Shown one piece after another: positions 39,819 to 51,946 of a DNA stretch of 55,141 nucleotides. The notes beneath the pieces were generated by a model that saw only the letters and a list, made by a program, of their open reading frames with translations, did no database searches and was not told the origin of the DNA. Position 1 is the stretch's first letter. Each line of letters begins with the position of its first letter. The position numbers and the translations under genes were made by a program. Source of the DNA: Octopus sinensis (lineage: Eukaryota); contig NW_021833787.1 of assembly GCF_006345805.1 (NCBI RefSeq), positions 1-55,141 on the forward strand, written 5' to 3'.

Positions 39819-42373
39819 GTATTGATAATAGCACAACTACTTGGATTTCCAATTCAGATTTGTTATGATCAGTCCGAATTTCTAAGGGGAGCGATCATCC
39901 TCGTTACTATTGTTTCAAACATTCCGACTTGTTATTCTTGGTCGTTATTGTCATAACATTTCCGCTCTCGCACTCTGCGGGTCATTTTCAATTATGGCTT
40001 CCTTCTGTTTAAAGCAAGCTTAGAAATTTCCTTCATGAGTTACGTCAAGTCAACAAGTTTCATGTTCTCCCCATTCTCTCCTTCCTCACCGTTAACCTTT
40101 CCTCACAATTTCTCTTTTCTTTTCTCTCACTCAACACACGAGGCAAGAGAAAAGCTTTGTCCAATCCACGGATTGTTTGTATTCATTGCAATCCGGAATG
40201 CAAGAAATTCCTCAGCCCATTACTTGGAGAGAATTTACCTATTTTGCTCTTGAACAAGTAGTGCTAATTAACAAGCCATAAGATGCATCAGTATATGTAT
40301 TTTAGATATTAGGCTTGTTTTGGAGTGTGATATCATGTTCATGACATGATGTTGATTGAGAAAAAAGGTACATACTTGACTATCCTCGTTGTATTCTCTT
40401 AATATTCTTTCTGAAATTGTTCTTTGCTATAAGTACTATTGCGTAGCGATAGATTATTCTCTATGTTGTCAGTTGTAGTAATAATCTGGTGGATTTCCGG
40501 GCAGCGGTTGTTTTTTTTAACGCTATGGGCACTGCAGGATTGAGTGGTACTGTTCAGTTGTCGAAACCACAGCGATATCCGTTTCGGCAGCCGATGATGG
40601 AAATACGCATAACTTATGCTCAGATGTGCAATTCTAATCTCGTTATTCTGGGTTGTCCTACATTCTTGTAAAGTGGAACGTGTCTGTGGATTCATATTTT
40701 GTGATGATTGCTTAGCTTAGTTTGGTATTGTTTCGTTTTTTTTATAGGTAATTTAATTAGGCTTGGACAAGGCTTAGGTTTTTCTGTCTAGCTTTGAGAA
40801 GTTCTATGGCACAATAATGGCTATTACTTCACCATACAAAAAAAAAATAAATAAATAACCCTGTGTTTGTCATGTATCTCAGGAAAGAAAATTTACGCTA
40901 CAATTGAATTTCCAAAGAAATTGTATCCGAAGAAAGTGTAGGATTGTGACAGTTGCATCTGGGGATTATTAGAGAGGGACTGCCTTTGGATTATCGTACA
41001 ATCAAAATTCAATTAGCGTATGAAATAATGTAGCCCTACGTAAAGAGCCGACCGTCACCGTTGAAATATAATGGATTGGTCACACGCGCCATAATTTTGC
41101 TAATTGTTTTAGGAGCTAATTTAATCGTAAGCTGACATTCACGCCCCTAAACTCTCCCAATATGCGACCCATCATCACATCCAAGTCGGAACAACACATT
41201 GATTCTAATGAAAACTACCTCGGTCAAGAATATAACGTACTTCTGATTCAGGAATTTAATCCACGATATTAAGGTCGTGAGGCTAATACGGGAACAATTA
41301 TGACTGGATGGTCAAAGCTGGAGCGTCTTGGGTTATGGTGTGAATTGTGTCACAAATAAATGGGAGTAAACAACATTACCAGCAACAGTAATAATAACGA
41401 TTTAGCGTACATTAGACAATATACTTATAAAATTATAATTGAATAAATTCGGTGATGGTCACCGTGAAACGTTTTTGATAAGAAATATATTCAATCTCTA
41501 CTGCCAAGAGGCTGGCTAAATGATAGTAAAATTATTCAAGAAAGCAACGAGAAACGCGAAACTATTAAACAGTAAGCCTCCCGTTTGAATCCAAGCGCAG
41601 AGCTAGACTGGCCTTTGATCACAAGTCTGTAGAATCCAGGCCGATTTGAGACTAAATCCCTTCTATAATAACTAATGTATTTCTGCCGTTAAGTGTGTCT
41701 TCTAAATACTGTATATTTAACAGACATTTCATTAGTTTGTAGTCGGAGAATCCACCCTGTCTCCCGTCCGCCATATTTCCACTGCTGTTTTGTATCAATA
41801 GAAGTTTTATCGATATTACACCACTGTGGATTCGATATGGAAGCATAGCTGACGTTGGCGGGGATTTTGGAATGATTTCAAACGGTCACATTAAACGTTC
41901 TATATCCATAAATCTTCGTTTAACAATCAGTTAAATGATATTAGAATTAATATCGTTGGATGACAATAAAAACTGCAGCGGTAAATGTATCATTGCTTAT
42001 GAAGTGCAACGAGGAAGAAGATAAATTACTAAACAACAGAACCAAAACATGAAGACAATGTGGGACGATATACATACATATACACACACATACATGTTAT
42101 ATATATATATATATATACATATACACACACATACTGTATATATATATACATATACACACACATACATGTATATATATAATACCTAATACACACATATATG
42201 TATATATATATATATATATTATATATATATATAAATTTGTGTATTAATTGTTTATATATATACGATATATATATATGTATAATATATATATATAATATAT
42301 AGTATGTATATGGTGTGTATCGCTCTATCAATCTAGTTATCTCTCTCCTCTCCTATCTCTCCTCTCTCTCTGT

Positions 42374-42404
<31 letters not shown>

Positions 42405-42557
42405 CTGTAACCAGGATATATATAATAAAACGGCATTTATACAGAGAATTCCATGTAAGCAATTCAGTCAATCAGCAGATAGAAGAAAAACACACATGTA
42501 TACATACATAAAAACATATATACATACATACATATATACATACATATACATATACAT

Positions 42558-42608
<51 letters not shown>

Positions 42609-43130
42609 CATGCACGTATGCATATGTTCGTTTAAACTAATAAAAGTTTTACATACACATCAGGGAATTCCAATGTAGGAAAAAACTGCTTGATATATGA
42701 CCTACACGGTATAGCATAACATATTACATTAATTTGATAGAAATAAACATTGCAAAACTATCTCAATGGAAAAATATGCTGTAGCTGTTGAATAAATAAT
42801 TGAAATTTATAAGCATTCTTCTCCGCCATAATGGGTAGAGATATGAGGCTAATCATTGGTCAGGAGCATTATTTGAAGATTGGAACGGCGTGTCGATGAA
42901 TACAAATCGAAACTGGATGATGTTTGTAAAACAAACTTTCGCTTGGAAATACTGCCTAGCAAAAATAAGATGCATGGTCAATATACTGTTAATCTTATCG
43001 CGCCATTAAGGCAGCCATGATGTGGTTGTCGTGTTTGCTAGTCATAAAGGTGAAGTCATACATTGTACGCTTGTGAACGTTACATTGGGCAATGGAGGTC
43101 ATCACTGTACAATAAATGTGGTAGTATATA

Positions 43131-43519
43131 TCTCTCTATATAAAGCTGAAGTTGTCTGTGTGTGTGTAGCAGGTTTGGTAGCCTTCAACTAACACTATAT
43201 CCTCCGAGACCCTGCGGCGCAAGTTGACCAAAATTGAGAGTATGATAGGCTTGCTCTTCCTTCCGTAGAAGAAAAAATTCAGATCGGACCATGTTAACAC
43301 CAAAAATTATCTACATCAAAATGGTGCTTTTTTTTCTATGAAAATCCCTAATTTTTAGGATTTTTTGACTGCTGTGTCGCCATTTTTCGGTGTATTTCAA
43401 CCAGAAAAATGTTCACTTAAAGAGAATAACAAGCTACATAATGCAAAATTTTTACTTTTCAAAAATTCCAATTCTAAAGGGTCGAATCAAACCCGAGCAA
43501 CGCCGGGCGATACTGCTAG
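43131..43519 (+). mobile_element. Non-autonomous Helitron, copy 2
   Basis: A|TC...CCCGAGCAACGCCGGG...CTAG|T; homologous end to end with 16758-17140. Confidence 0.85.
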
Positions 43520-44262
43520 TAAGTATATAAAGTTGAATGTGTTGTAAATAATGGTAACATACAAAAGATGACCTGTTACATGTTCGGGTCATTGTGTGAC
43601 CAAACCGGAAACCTCATTAAGCTTGCTTGGTGAGGCGGTTGATTAATGGACACACTGCCGGATAAAAAAGCAATACCTGGCAAAGTCTGGAAGAACTGAA
43701 GGGAGTCAACGGCCATCCGATAAGAAACATTAACATACTGGGCAAAATTCTTAGCGGCACTTAGCGTTCTAGATTAATGATTTGAGTTCAAATTTCGCCG
43801 CGGTCGTCTTTGTCTTTCATTCTTTTGCCAGTTGACAATAGGAGGCCACGAAATTGCTGGCCTTGTGCCAAAATTTGAAACCATTATTTGTAAGAACCAA
43901 AAAGGAAAGGAAGATAGACGACTTTTACGTTGTATGTGGAAAATCCACGGAATGAAAGGTGAGGTTGCAACTCGGGAAAAACACATAAATGGAGGGTTCG
44001 CGACCCTTGTTTTCTATTCAGAAAAAAAGCGCCAGGGTCGTGTGAGGATGGTGATTGTACTGGGGGATGCTGACTGGTTGGAAGTCTTTGTCCAACCAGG
44101 CTGAAGGATGGTGTTTCTTTTGTTCTTTTAATTGTTAATGGTTTCAGTCATAGTACAGCGGCTATGCTGGAGCACCGCGAAAAGTTAAATCACATATTCT
44201 ACACCTGAAAAAACGCGACATGGGATCACAGGATGATAGTATCACAATAAATGACGGAATAT

Positions 44263-44481
44263 ACTCTTTTACTCTTTTACTTGTTTCAGTCATTTGACTG
44301 CGGCCATGCTGGAGCACCGCCTTTTAGTCGAGCAAATCGACCCCGGGACTTTTTCTTTGTAAGCCCAGTACTTAATCTACCGGTTTATTTTTTGCCGAAC
44401 AGCTAAGTGACAGAAACGTAAACACACCAGCATCGGTTGTCAAGCAATGCTAGGGGGACAAACAAAGACACACAAACACAT

Positions 44482-44515
<34 letters not shown>

Positions 44516-44686
44516 ATATATACGACAGGCTTCTTTCAGTTTCCGTCTACCAAATCCACTCACAAGGCATTGGTCGGCCCGGGGCTATAGCATAGGACAC
44601 TTGCCCAAGGTGCCACACAGTGGGACTGAACCCGGAACCATGTGGTTGGTTAGCAAGCTACTTACCACACAGCTACTCCGGCGCCT
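44263..44686 (-). mobile_element. SINE family 1, full-length (tRNA head, CCTTGGGCAAGT segment, internal microsatellite, GTAAAAGA tail)
   Basis: Minus strand AGGCGCCGGAGTAGCTGTGTGGTAAG...GGTTCCGGGTTCAGTCCC...CACCTTGGGCAAGTG...(TA/TG)n...GACTGAAACAAGTAAAAGAGTAAAAGAG. Confidence 0.92.
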
Positions 44687-45164
44687 CTGTAAATATATAA
44701 AGCTAAATATTATTTAAATCCGGCTTGTTCGATTAAAAACCAAGATTACAAACTCTCTACCAGAAACCCCATATTAAGGAACCAGAAAATAGTAAATGAT
44801 ATATACGAAGTAAATGATATATGCCAGTATAGATGGAGTTAGTGATCGGAGGAGAGACAGGCAAAAAAAGATATATAAAAAAACATAACTTGAAGGTCAC
44901 GTGCATGAACGAAGAGAAACAGAGAGAAGGAGAGGGGAAGATAACGACAGAAACATTGAAACTTGTGGCGTCAGATAAGCCAGCAGCGAATGAGTGGCGG
45001 CAAAAGGGCGGCGCCATAACGGCTAACGGAGACGGTTCAGGCTTTCATTAGAACATCGGACAAATTCCTTATGGAATTTCTTCAGATGCTTTACATTCTT
45101 AGTAAGAATTCCGCCGAGTATAGCTATGTCTTTTGTCACCACAGGGTCGGTACAATAATGTAAA

Positions 45165-45587
45165 TGGCGGCGAGCTGGTAGAAACGTTAGCACGCCGGGC
45201 GAAATGCTTAGCGGTATTTCGACTGCCGCTACGTTCTGAGTTCAAATTCCGCTGAGGTTGACTTTGCTTTTCATCCATTCAGGGGTCGATTAAATAAGTA
45301 CCAGTTACGCACTGGAGTCGATATAATCGACTTAATCCGTTTGTCTGTTCTTGTTTGTCCTCCCTGTGTTTAGCCCCTTGTGGGTAGTAAAGAAATGGAA
45401 ATAGGTATTTCGACCCTCGCTACGTTGATAGTTCAAATTCCGCCTTTGTCGACTTTACCTTTCATCCTTTCGGGGTCGATTAAATAAGTACCAGTTACAC
45501 ACTGAGGTCAATGTAATCGACTTAATCCGTTTGTCTCTCCTTGTTTGTCCTCTCTGTGTTTAGCCCCTTGTGGTTAGTAAAGAAATA
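45165..45587 (+). mobile_element. SINE family 2 dimer (full copy plus 5'-truncated copy) with 13-bp TSD
   Basis: TSD GGTACAATAATGT at 45149-45161 and 45588-45600; second unit restarts at the internal GGTATTTCG site. Confidence 0.9.
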
Positions 45588-46214
45588 GGTACAATAATGT
45601 GACAGTCAAACAATGAAGTCCGTCGTAACGACAAATCTCCATCGCCACAAAATTGCTGGCCTTGTGTTTTGATCAGGAACGATTATACAATCCAACAACT
45701 GGCGAGGTTACGTATTTAAAAGATTAACTTTGAAATTATGTGTTTCTTGATTCGTTCGCACTCTATGGAAGTAAGAACAACCGTTTTCTATTCAGCCATA
45801 ACATTAAATCAAGCAAATCATTCCGACCAGAATTAAACAGACGGAAATATCGTGGGCCGACATTGCGTAATATAAGCGCTGAACATAACAAGAATGATTT
45901 GCGACAGGAGGTTCTGTTTCGGTTCGCTCTTTTTACGGCCGGTTAACTTCGCCGTTTCTCGTTGAAGAGGAATGAAGAATATACGAGACTTTCTACAGAT
46001 ATAGGATTTTTTTTCTTTTATTGTAACAAATTAAACAATTAATTCTAATATTGCACTGAACATGAATCATGGAAATACTTGGCTGTCAAGGAAGAAGAAG
46101 AATAATAAATCGCCTGATTATATTTAATGTGAATTATTTCCTTAACAAGAAGAAAAAAAAACAACAACAACGAAAACTAGAAAATATAAACAAACAATTC
46201 ATAACTAACAAATC

Positions 46215-46222
46215 TAATAATA

Positions 46223-46288
<66 letters not shown>

Positions 46289-46377
46289 GTAAGAAGGAGG
46301 AGGAGGCGGAGGATGAAGAGAAGGAAGCCAACAGTATAATAGTAGTAATAGTTGTTGTAGGAGTAAGAATGATAATA

Positions 46378-46447
<70 letters not shown>

Positions 46448-46634
46448 TATAATGATAGTAGTAGTAGTGATGGCAGTAAAAATATTAATATTAGTAAAAC
46501 AACAACTACTTCTACTAAAATAATAATGATAATAATAATAATAATAATAACAAAAACAACAACAACAACAACAACAAAAAACAATAATAATAATAATAAT
46601 AATGATGATGATCATGATGATGATAATGATGATG

Positions 46635-46689
<55 letters not shown>

Positions 46690-46830
46690 TAATAATAATG
46701 TTAATAATAACCAAAAGTAGCATCTTCATCAGGTGCAGTAGTAGTAGTGGTAGTAGTAGTAGTAGTAGTAGTAGTAGTTAGTAGTGGTGGTAATAGTAGT
46801 AGTAGTAGTTAGTAGTGAATATGATAATAA
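46215..46830. repeat. Compound (AAT)n/(CAA)n/(GAT)n/(AGT)n array
   Basis: Directly visible. Confidence 0.95.
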
Positions 46831-47356
46831 ATGTAATGATAATTAAATATTTGAAAAATGAAAATAAACGAAAGGCAGAAACGAAAATCTAAAAACAAAA
46901 TCACAAAAAAGCAAAAAACAAAAAACAAAACAGCAATCAAAACAAATATGATTTTCGTATTAATTGTTAGAAATTAAAATTCCAGCAGCTTAAGCATATT
47001 TTGCAACAAATTAGGCGAAATCGAGTTTAGAAATCGATGGCGTTTATGATTGATTGTGCAACATTGTAACTAATTGTTAGAGTCACGTGTCTGCTGCACT
47101 GAGACAAATAATTTATCAACGTTGGGAAAAGTTTGTCATGGAGGCTTGGTGGTGGTGGTGGTTGTGGTTGTGGTGGCTGTGTGGTTAACAAAAGCATGTT
47201 TCAAACCACATGATTACGAGTTCACTTCAACTGCGAGGATCCATGGGCAAGCCTCTTACACTAAAGCTCCAGCCAGGCCACAGCCTTCTGAGTGGAATAG
47301 GTAGAGAAATACTGAAGGAAGCATGACGTCTGTGTATGTATGAATGTACATATGTA

Positions 47357-47426
<70 letters not shown>

Positions 47427-47470
47427 CTTTTAAAGATTTTATCCTCAATTGTTAATTTATATATATATAT

Positions 47471-47654
47471 AACGGGAAGGTTACGAAAATAAACAAACGA
47501 CGAAGGCAGGTGGAGTACAAACAAACAAATGTATTAGTATGGCGCTCAGGAATAGAAATAGAACAAGTCTTTTACGTTTCGAGCCTACGCTCTTCTTCAG
47601 AAAGATACACAGAAAAAAACAAGGAAAGAAACAAGAAGAGAAAAAAAATGCGTG
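47471..47654 (-). mobile_element. Hammerhead-bearing element, subfamily B, intact ribozyme core
   Basis: Homologous to 5580, 17688 and 33923 copies; 3' end abuts (TA)n. Confidence 0.8.
47569..47604 (-). ncRNA. Minimal type I hammerhead ribozyme (36 nt), intact core
   Basis: CUUU CUGAAGA A GAGC-GUAG-GCUC GAAA C GUA|AAAG: stem I CUUU/AAAG, CUGANGA and GAAA conserved, palindromic ACGU at stem III, GUA triplet. Confidence 0.75.
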
Positions 47655-47759
47655 ATTCAAAGATGTAGTTGAAAATAGTTTTCTGACATGGACGATTGGA
47701 CGCCTTTTGAATACGGGATAAGAGCTACTTGAATCAAGATAATTCACCAGGTATTAAAA

Positions 47760-48270
47760 TGCTGACATTAGGACTGTTGTATTGTCTGAGAACTCTGTAA
47801 AGGGTGTAAGTTGTGACATGGACAGCTGTAACGGGGACTATGAAGCTGTGACCAACAGGAAGCGCCACAGTAGGCGTTCTGACTGCGCCCGTATCCCTGG
47901 ATTCATCTCCTCATCTCTAAACTGGACGTTAGGCTCAATTCAGACGGCTGTGTCTTGCTGCTTTAGACTGTGAACAAACTCTGGCTGGAGAGGATTGTTC
48001 CTGGAAGGCTTCATGTGTGGCAGAAGGATTCGGTTCCCTGCCATACCGGAAAGTGTCAGATGTTGCCTAAGAATTGCACCGACCTCATTAGCACCAATTT
48101 CTGGCCTCTTAATTCCCCCACGATTGTAACACCGTGGATTGCAATATATCGTGTGCGTATGAGAAAGCCAACGATAGCTCCACCTGTAAAAGCAAAGCAG
48201 GGCTAGTGACCAAGACCAAGGAGTTGTTCGAACATCTTCCCAGGGACACAGTACGAAACGCATGCTTCAA
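47760..48270 (+). pseudogene. Tc1/mariner-superfamily (maT-like) transposase remnant, internally deleted
   Basis: N-terminal RKRHSRRSDCARIPGFI, then WLERIVPGRLHVWQKDSVPCHT...FWPLNSP(frameshift)DCN, matching the FQQDxAPxH and WPPxSPDLNP catalytic motifs. Confidence 0.7.
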
Positions 48271-49069
48271 GACCCGGATCGATTGACCCCTTCCTCACAA
48301 AAATCCTAGCCTTGTGCCTATAGTAGAAAGGATAAACAGGGTGCTCCGGCTAAACTTGTCAATGTTTATATCCTTTGTATTATAGTTCCAGATACTTTAA
48401 TAACATATGACGTTCAGTCAACGCTGTAGAAATAGCAGTTAAATCCTCTTTGAATTCAGGGTTACCTCTCACATTAATAATGTATCAGTGTAATATAAAA
48501 TTTTAGAGAAATGGCTTTCAATTACTTTGACACCAACGTTACTTTTTGAACTTATAAAGCCATCACCGCTTCCCAACGCGACCACCACCACATTATAATG
48601 CGCGATATAGGTATAATAGTCTTGTCATTTTCATTTTAGTCTATGACATTTATCGCCCATTAAATCCCCAGAGCAATCAATAATGATTAATATTTACAAT
48701 AATTTTGGTAATAAAAAGATCAATAAAAGTTGTAGACGGGATGTATTGAAAAATTATTCATGTATTGAACAGTTGTTCACCTCAGAATTTGAATGTCTTT
48801 CGTCGTTTATCTAATTACATATCGATAGGTGTATGGTCATTATTCTGTTTACATTATAACTATAATACGCCTTGATCGATCCCATTGGTCAACATATTTG
48901 ATATGTCGGCGTACTAGTGACAAAAATCTACTTGGACCAGAAGGGAATAGGAAATATCAGTAGATCTCCCGGTTCGATGCGAAAATTATTATGTTGCAAT
49001 TGTCGCAGGAATGTTCCCAACTTAATTGTTGCTACTCTTCGGCTGTACAAGCCGTAGCTTTTTCTAGAT

Positions 49070-49283
49070 ACAGTTCTATATTTAAGAGATGAGGAATTGT
49101 TGTGCATTATTTACATTTGACGAATATTTGTCCTCATCTTGTTTGTTGTTGATACGAGGTTTCGGCTGATATACCCTCCAGTCTTCATCAGGTGTCTTGG
49201 GGAAATTTCAGGTCACTGCCTGGAGTTGAGCTCGGAATCTTGGGGTTAGTAGCCCGCGCTCTTAACTACTACGCCATATGCCC
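49070..49283 (-). mobile_element. tRNA-head plus hammerhead composite short element
   Basis: Minus strand tRNA-like head GGGCATATGGCGTAGTAGTTAAGAGCGCGGGCTACTAACCCC...GAGCTCAACTCC (49283-49210), then ACAC CUGAUGA A GACUG-loop-CAGCC GAAAC (49195-49159), then an AGAUGAGGA/UCCUCAUCU hairpin. Confidence 0.65.
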
Positions 49284-50878
49284 CTGGTAATAATAACAAC
49301 AACAACAACAACAACAACAACAATAATAATAATAATAATAATAACATCGAAAAATACATTAATGGTTTTAATTGATAAATATTAATTCCTATCCTTATCT
49401 AATTTTAAATAAAAAATGTTCTCTCGCCGGTAAATTGAATGCTGTAGTTTATTAACTGCAGAGTAATTTCTGATCTCAGCGCGCCAAACTGAAGGCATTT
49501 GAAAGATACACATAAATGTAAATTGTAGAACTTTATACATGCTGGATTTCGGTCGAGCGTTCTGTATCTAGTTCTGGAAATTATGTTTTATAAACGACAG
49601 ACTATGCTGATGATCTTGCAGATGTTTACGCATCCATATATATAAATATTAACAAGTGAAACTAATTAGTAAATAGGTAATCGTTTCTTATTTCGTATAT
49701 TTTCATTTGTCTTGCTTATTTTTACACTTTGGTTTTTTGCAGAGTTTTTTCTTGAGAACACATTCTTCGTGGAAAATGGCGATTTAACGACTATATCTAG
49801 CATATAGGCTGTCCACTTTTAGTGGTCAGTCCTCTAAATTGTGTGTGTGTGTATATATATATATATGCATGAGATGAGGAGGTCTGCGGTGGTTGGAATT
49901 TAACTCAATCGAGCGTTGATCTCTTCGAATCATTCTACCCCTGCACTAATGGTCAAACACATCATTATCCACACTTGATCAGACCTTGGCATGGCAAACG
50001 AAGTCACTAAGACACTGAAAAGGTTGCGATCAACGACGAAAGAAATTTGACTGACAAACAATCCACCGATTCGTTAACGATCACATTAAATAAACGATCG
50101 ATTAGTTAGTTTGGTTCGATAATTAATCAGTTCACTCAAAATAAAGAAGTGCAATTGAACCTGTGCGTGTGTTATCATTATTAGTATAACGATCCTCCCA
50201 AGACACAACAAAATATTCCAGTATTTGTATTTCTCTTATATTTCTCTCAGAATGTTTCCCAGAGATATAACCGTTTTTCACACTAGATGTCATAATATAT
50301 TCAGAAAGTTATTCTATTTATAAAACCAAATTAATTAATAATAGTTCGACTATTACTTACTGCTTGTTAATTAACAAGTTAATTTATCATTACTCAATGG
50401 AAAACCGAGGACTTTTCAAAAGCATATAAATATTTAATTAACAATAAAATTTAATTAACAATAGAGCTACTATCAGTCCGTGTAATATTTATGCAAAATG
50501 ACCCGTTCCAAAGTACAATATTCCGGAAATGTGTAAATAAATTAATGTATTTATAACCGAACTCGTCTGCTCTGCTGCGTGGAGAATTGAAGAATTTACT
50601 TGCTTTTGGCAGATATGAAAATGGCAAAAGAAAATAGACCCAGGAAAATTTGCAGCGCATTTGCATACTTTCGCAGTATCGGCAGAATGCTATTTCGCCT
50701 TTCAGTAAGTCAATTGCCACTTCAGTGCTTCAACATGGATATGAATTTACTGTATTTTGGATATTTGCAACATTCGAATGCATAGAAATAAATAAAATAC
50801 AGATGATGGATGATTTAACTGTGGTAACGTAACACAGGACAACCAAAGGAAGAAGTTACACCTTCTATGTTAACTTTA

Positions 50879-51685
50879 TTACACGTTGATGTGGTGTAAG
50901 AGCCGTGTTAGACAGTCCCTGCCACAGCGAAAGCCATGCTGATTTGCATTCAGGAGTTTGTGGGTCTCCAGGAAGTCAGCTATCCTTGATCTTACTACTC
51001 TTTCAAACACTTTAATGATGTGGGAGGTGAGTGAGATTGGACGATAGTTGACTGCGAAGGAGCTGTTTCCCTGATGAAAACCGGAAAAACAGATTAGGAG
51101 CTGTTTCGGTATATAACCTGAGTCTAATGAATTCTCCAGAAGTTGGTCAGAGGGACTGTAAGTTGCTGTCTACATTCCTTCAGGTGACTAGCGAGGAATC
51201 TATCAGGGCCTACAGTAGAATAGTATTTGACCTTATTTATGGCTGCTGTGATGTCAGAGGCGGTGAAGGTTATGTCCAAGATTTTATGTTGGGAATCAAC
51301 TTCGTTGGCTTCTCTTACGTCAATATCAGTGGGATCACTAAAGACAGAGCAGTATTGTTTCTGCAGTATTTCTGCCATTTCTTTAGCATCGTGTTGGGGA
51401 ATGCCGTTATCATCAATCAATGGCCCAATGGGTGAGACACCTGTTCTATTCTTATTTGCATAAGAATAGAATACTTTTGGGTTCTGTTTGATATTTTTTA
51501 TTACCCACTGTTCCTCCGCAGCTCTTTGGTTTTCAATGGAGGTTTCCATGTCGGTCTGCAGATTTTCCGGTTTCGGCCTTTCATTGTTTTGAATGTAGAT
51601 GTTGCATGTTGGAGTATTTTAATTGTTTGTTTTTTTATTGAGTTTTCTGATACGCCTGGTGAATATCTTTTACATTTTAGGGAGC
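50879..51685 (-). mobile_element. CR1/L2-type LINE ORF2 internal fragment (tether plus RT domains 0-2)
   Basis: KQNPKVFYSYAN...AEILQKQYCSVF...GPD (ORF 51124-51549), then after a frameshift NYRPISLTSHIIKVFERVV...NANQHGFRCGRDCLT. Confidence 0.9.
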
Positions 51686-51686
51686 C

Positions 51687-51722
<36 letters not shown>

Positions 51723-51946
51723 ATCTATACATATGTATGTATATATATATATATATATAAAAGTAGATAAATGGTACAACAAGGCACCAGTATTTACTGG
51801 AAAATAGCAATCGTAAGAAATACGACGCTATTGTATAGCTTCACTGCGTATACACTAGCAAAGATGCGTGTGTGCTACAAACACGAAAAAAATTTGTCTT
51901 ACCTCTAGGAAGAACATCTGATAAATGGACAACCTAGGATCGGATA

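Noticed and set aside
40560-40600. CGAAAC...GTTTCG hairpin followed by CCGATGA (type II HHR-like order)
   Set aside because: Stem I cannot close and no stem II pairing is evident
45061-45090. Minus-strand CTGAAGA plus AATTCC/GGAATT hairpin
   Set aside because: Lacks the GAAA core segment; simple hairpin
3938-49283. tRNA-like sequences at 3938, 24307, 34442, 44600 and 49210 as real tRNA genes
   Set aside because: No complete acceptor stem or cloverleaf; most are attached to SINE bodies or clearly degenerate
51068-51090. CTGATGA...GAAA on + strand
   Set aside because: Lies antisense within the LINE RT coding region with no stem II; coincidental
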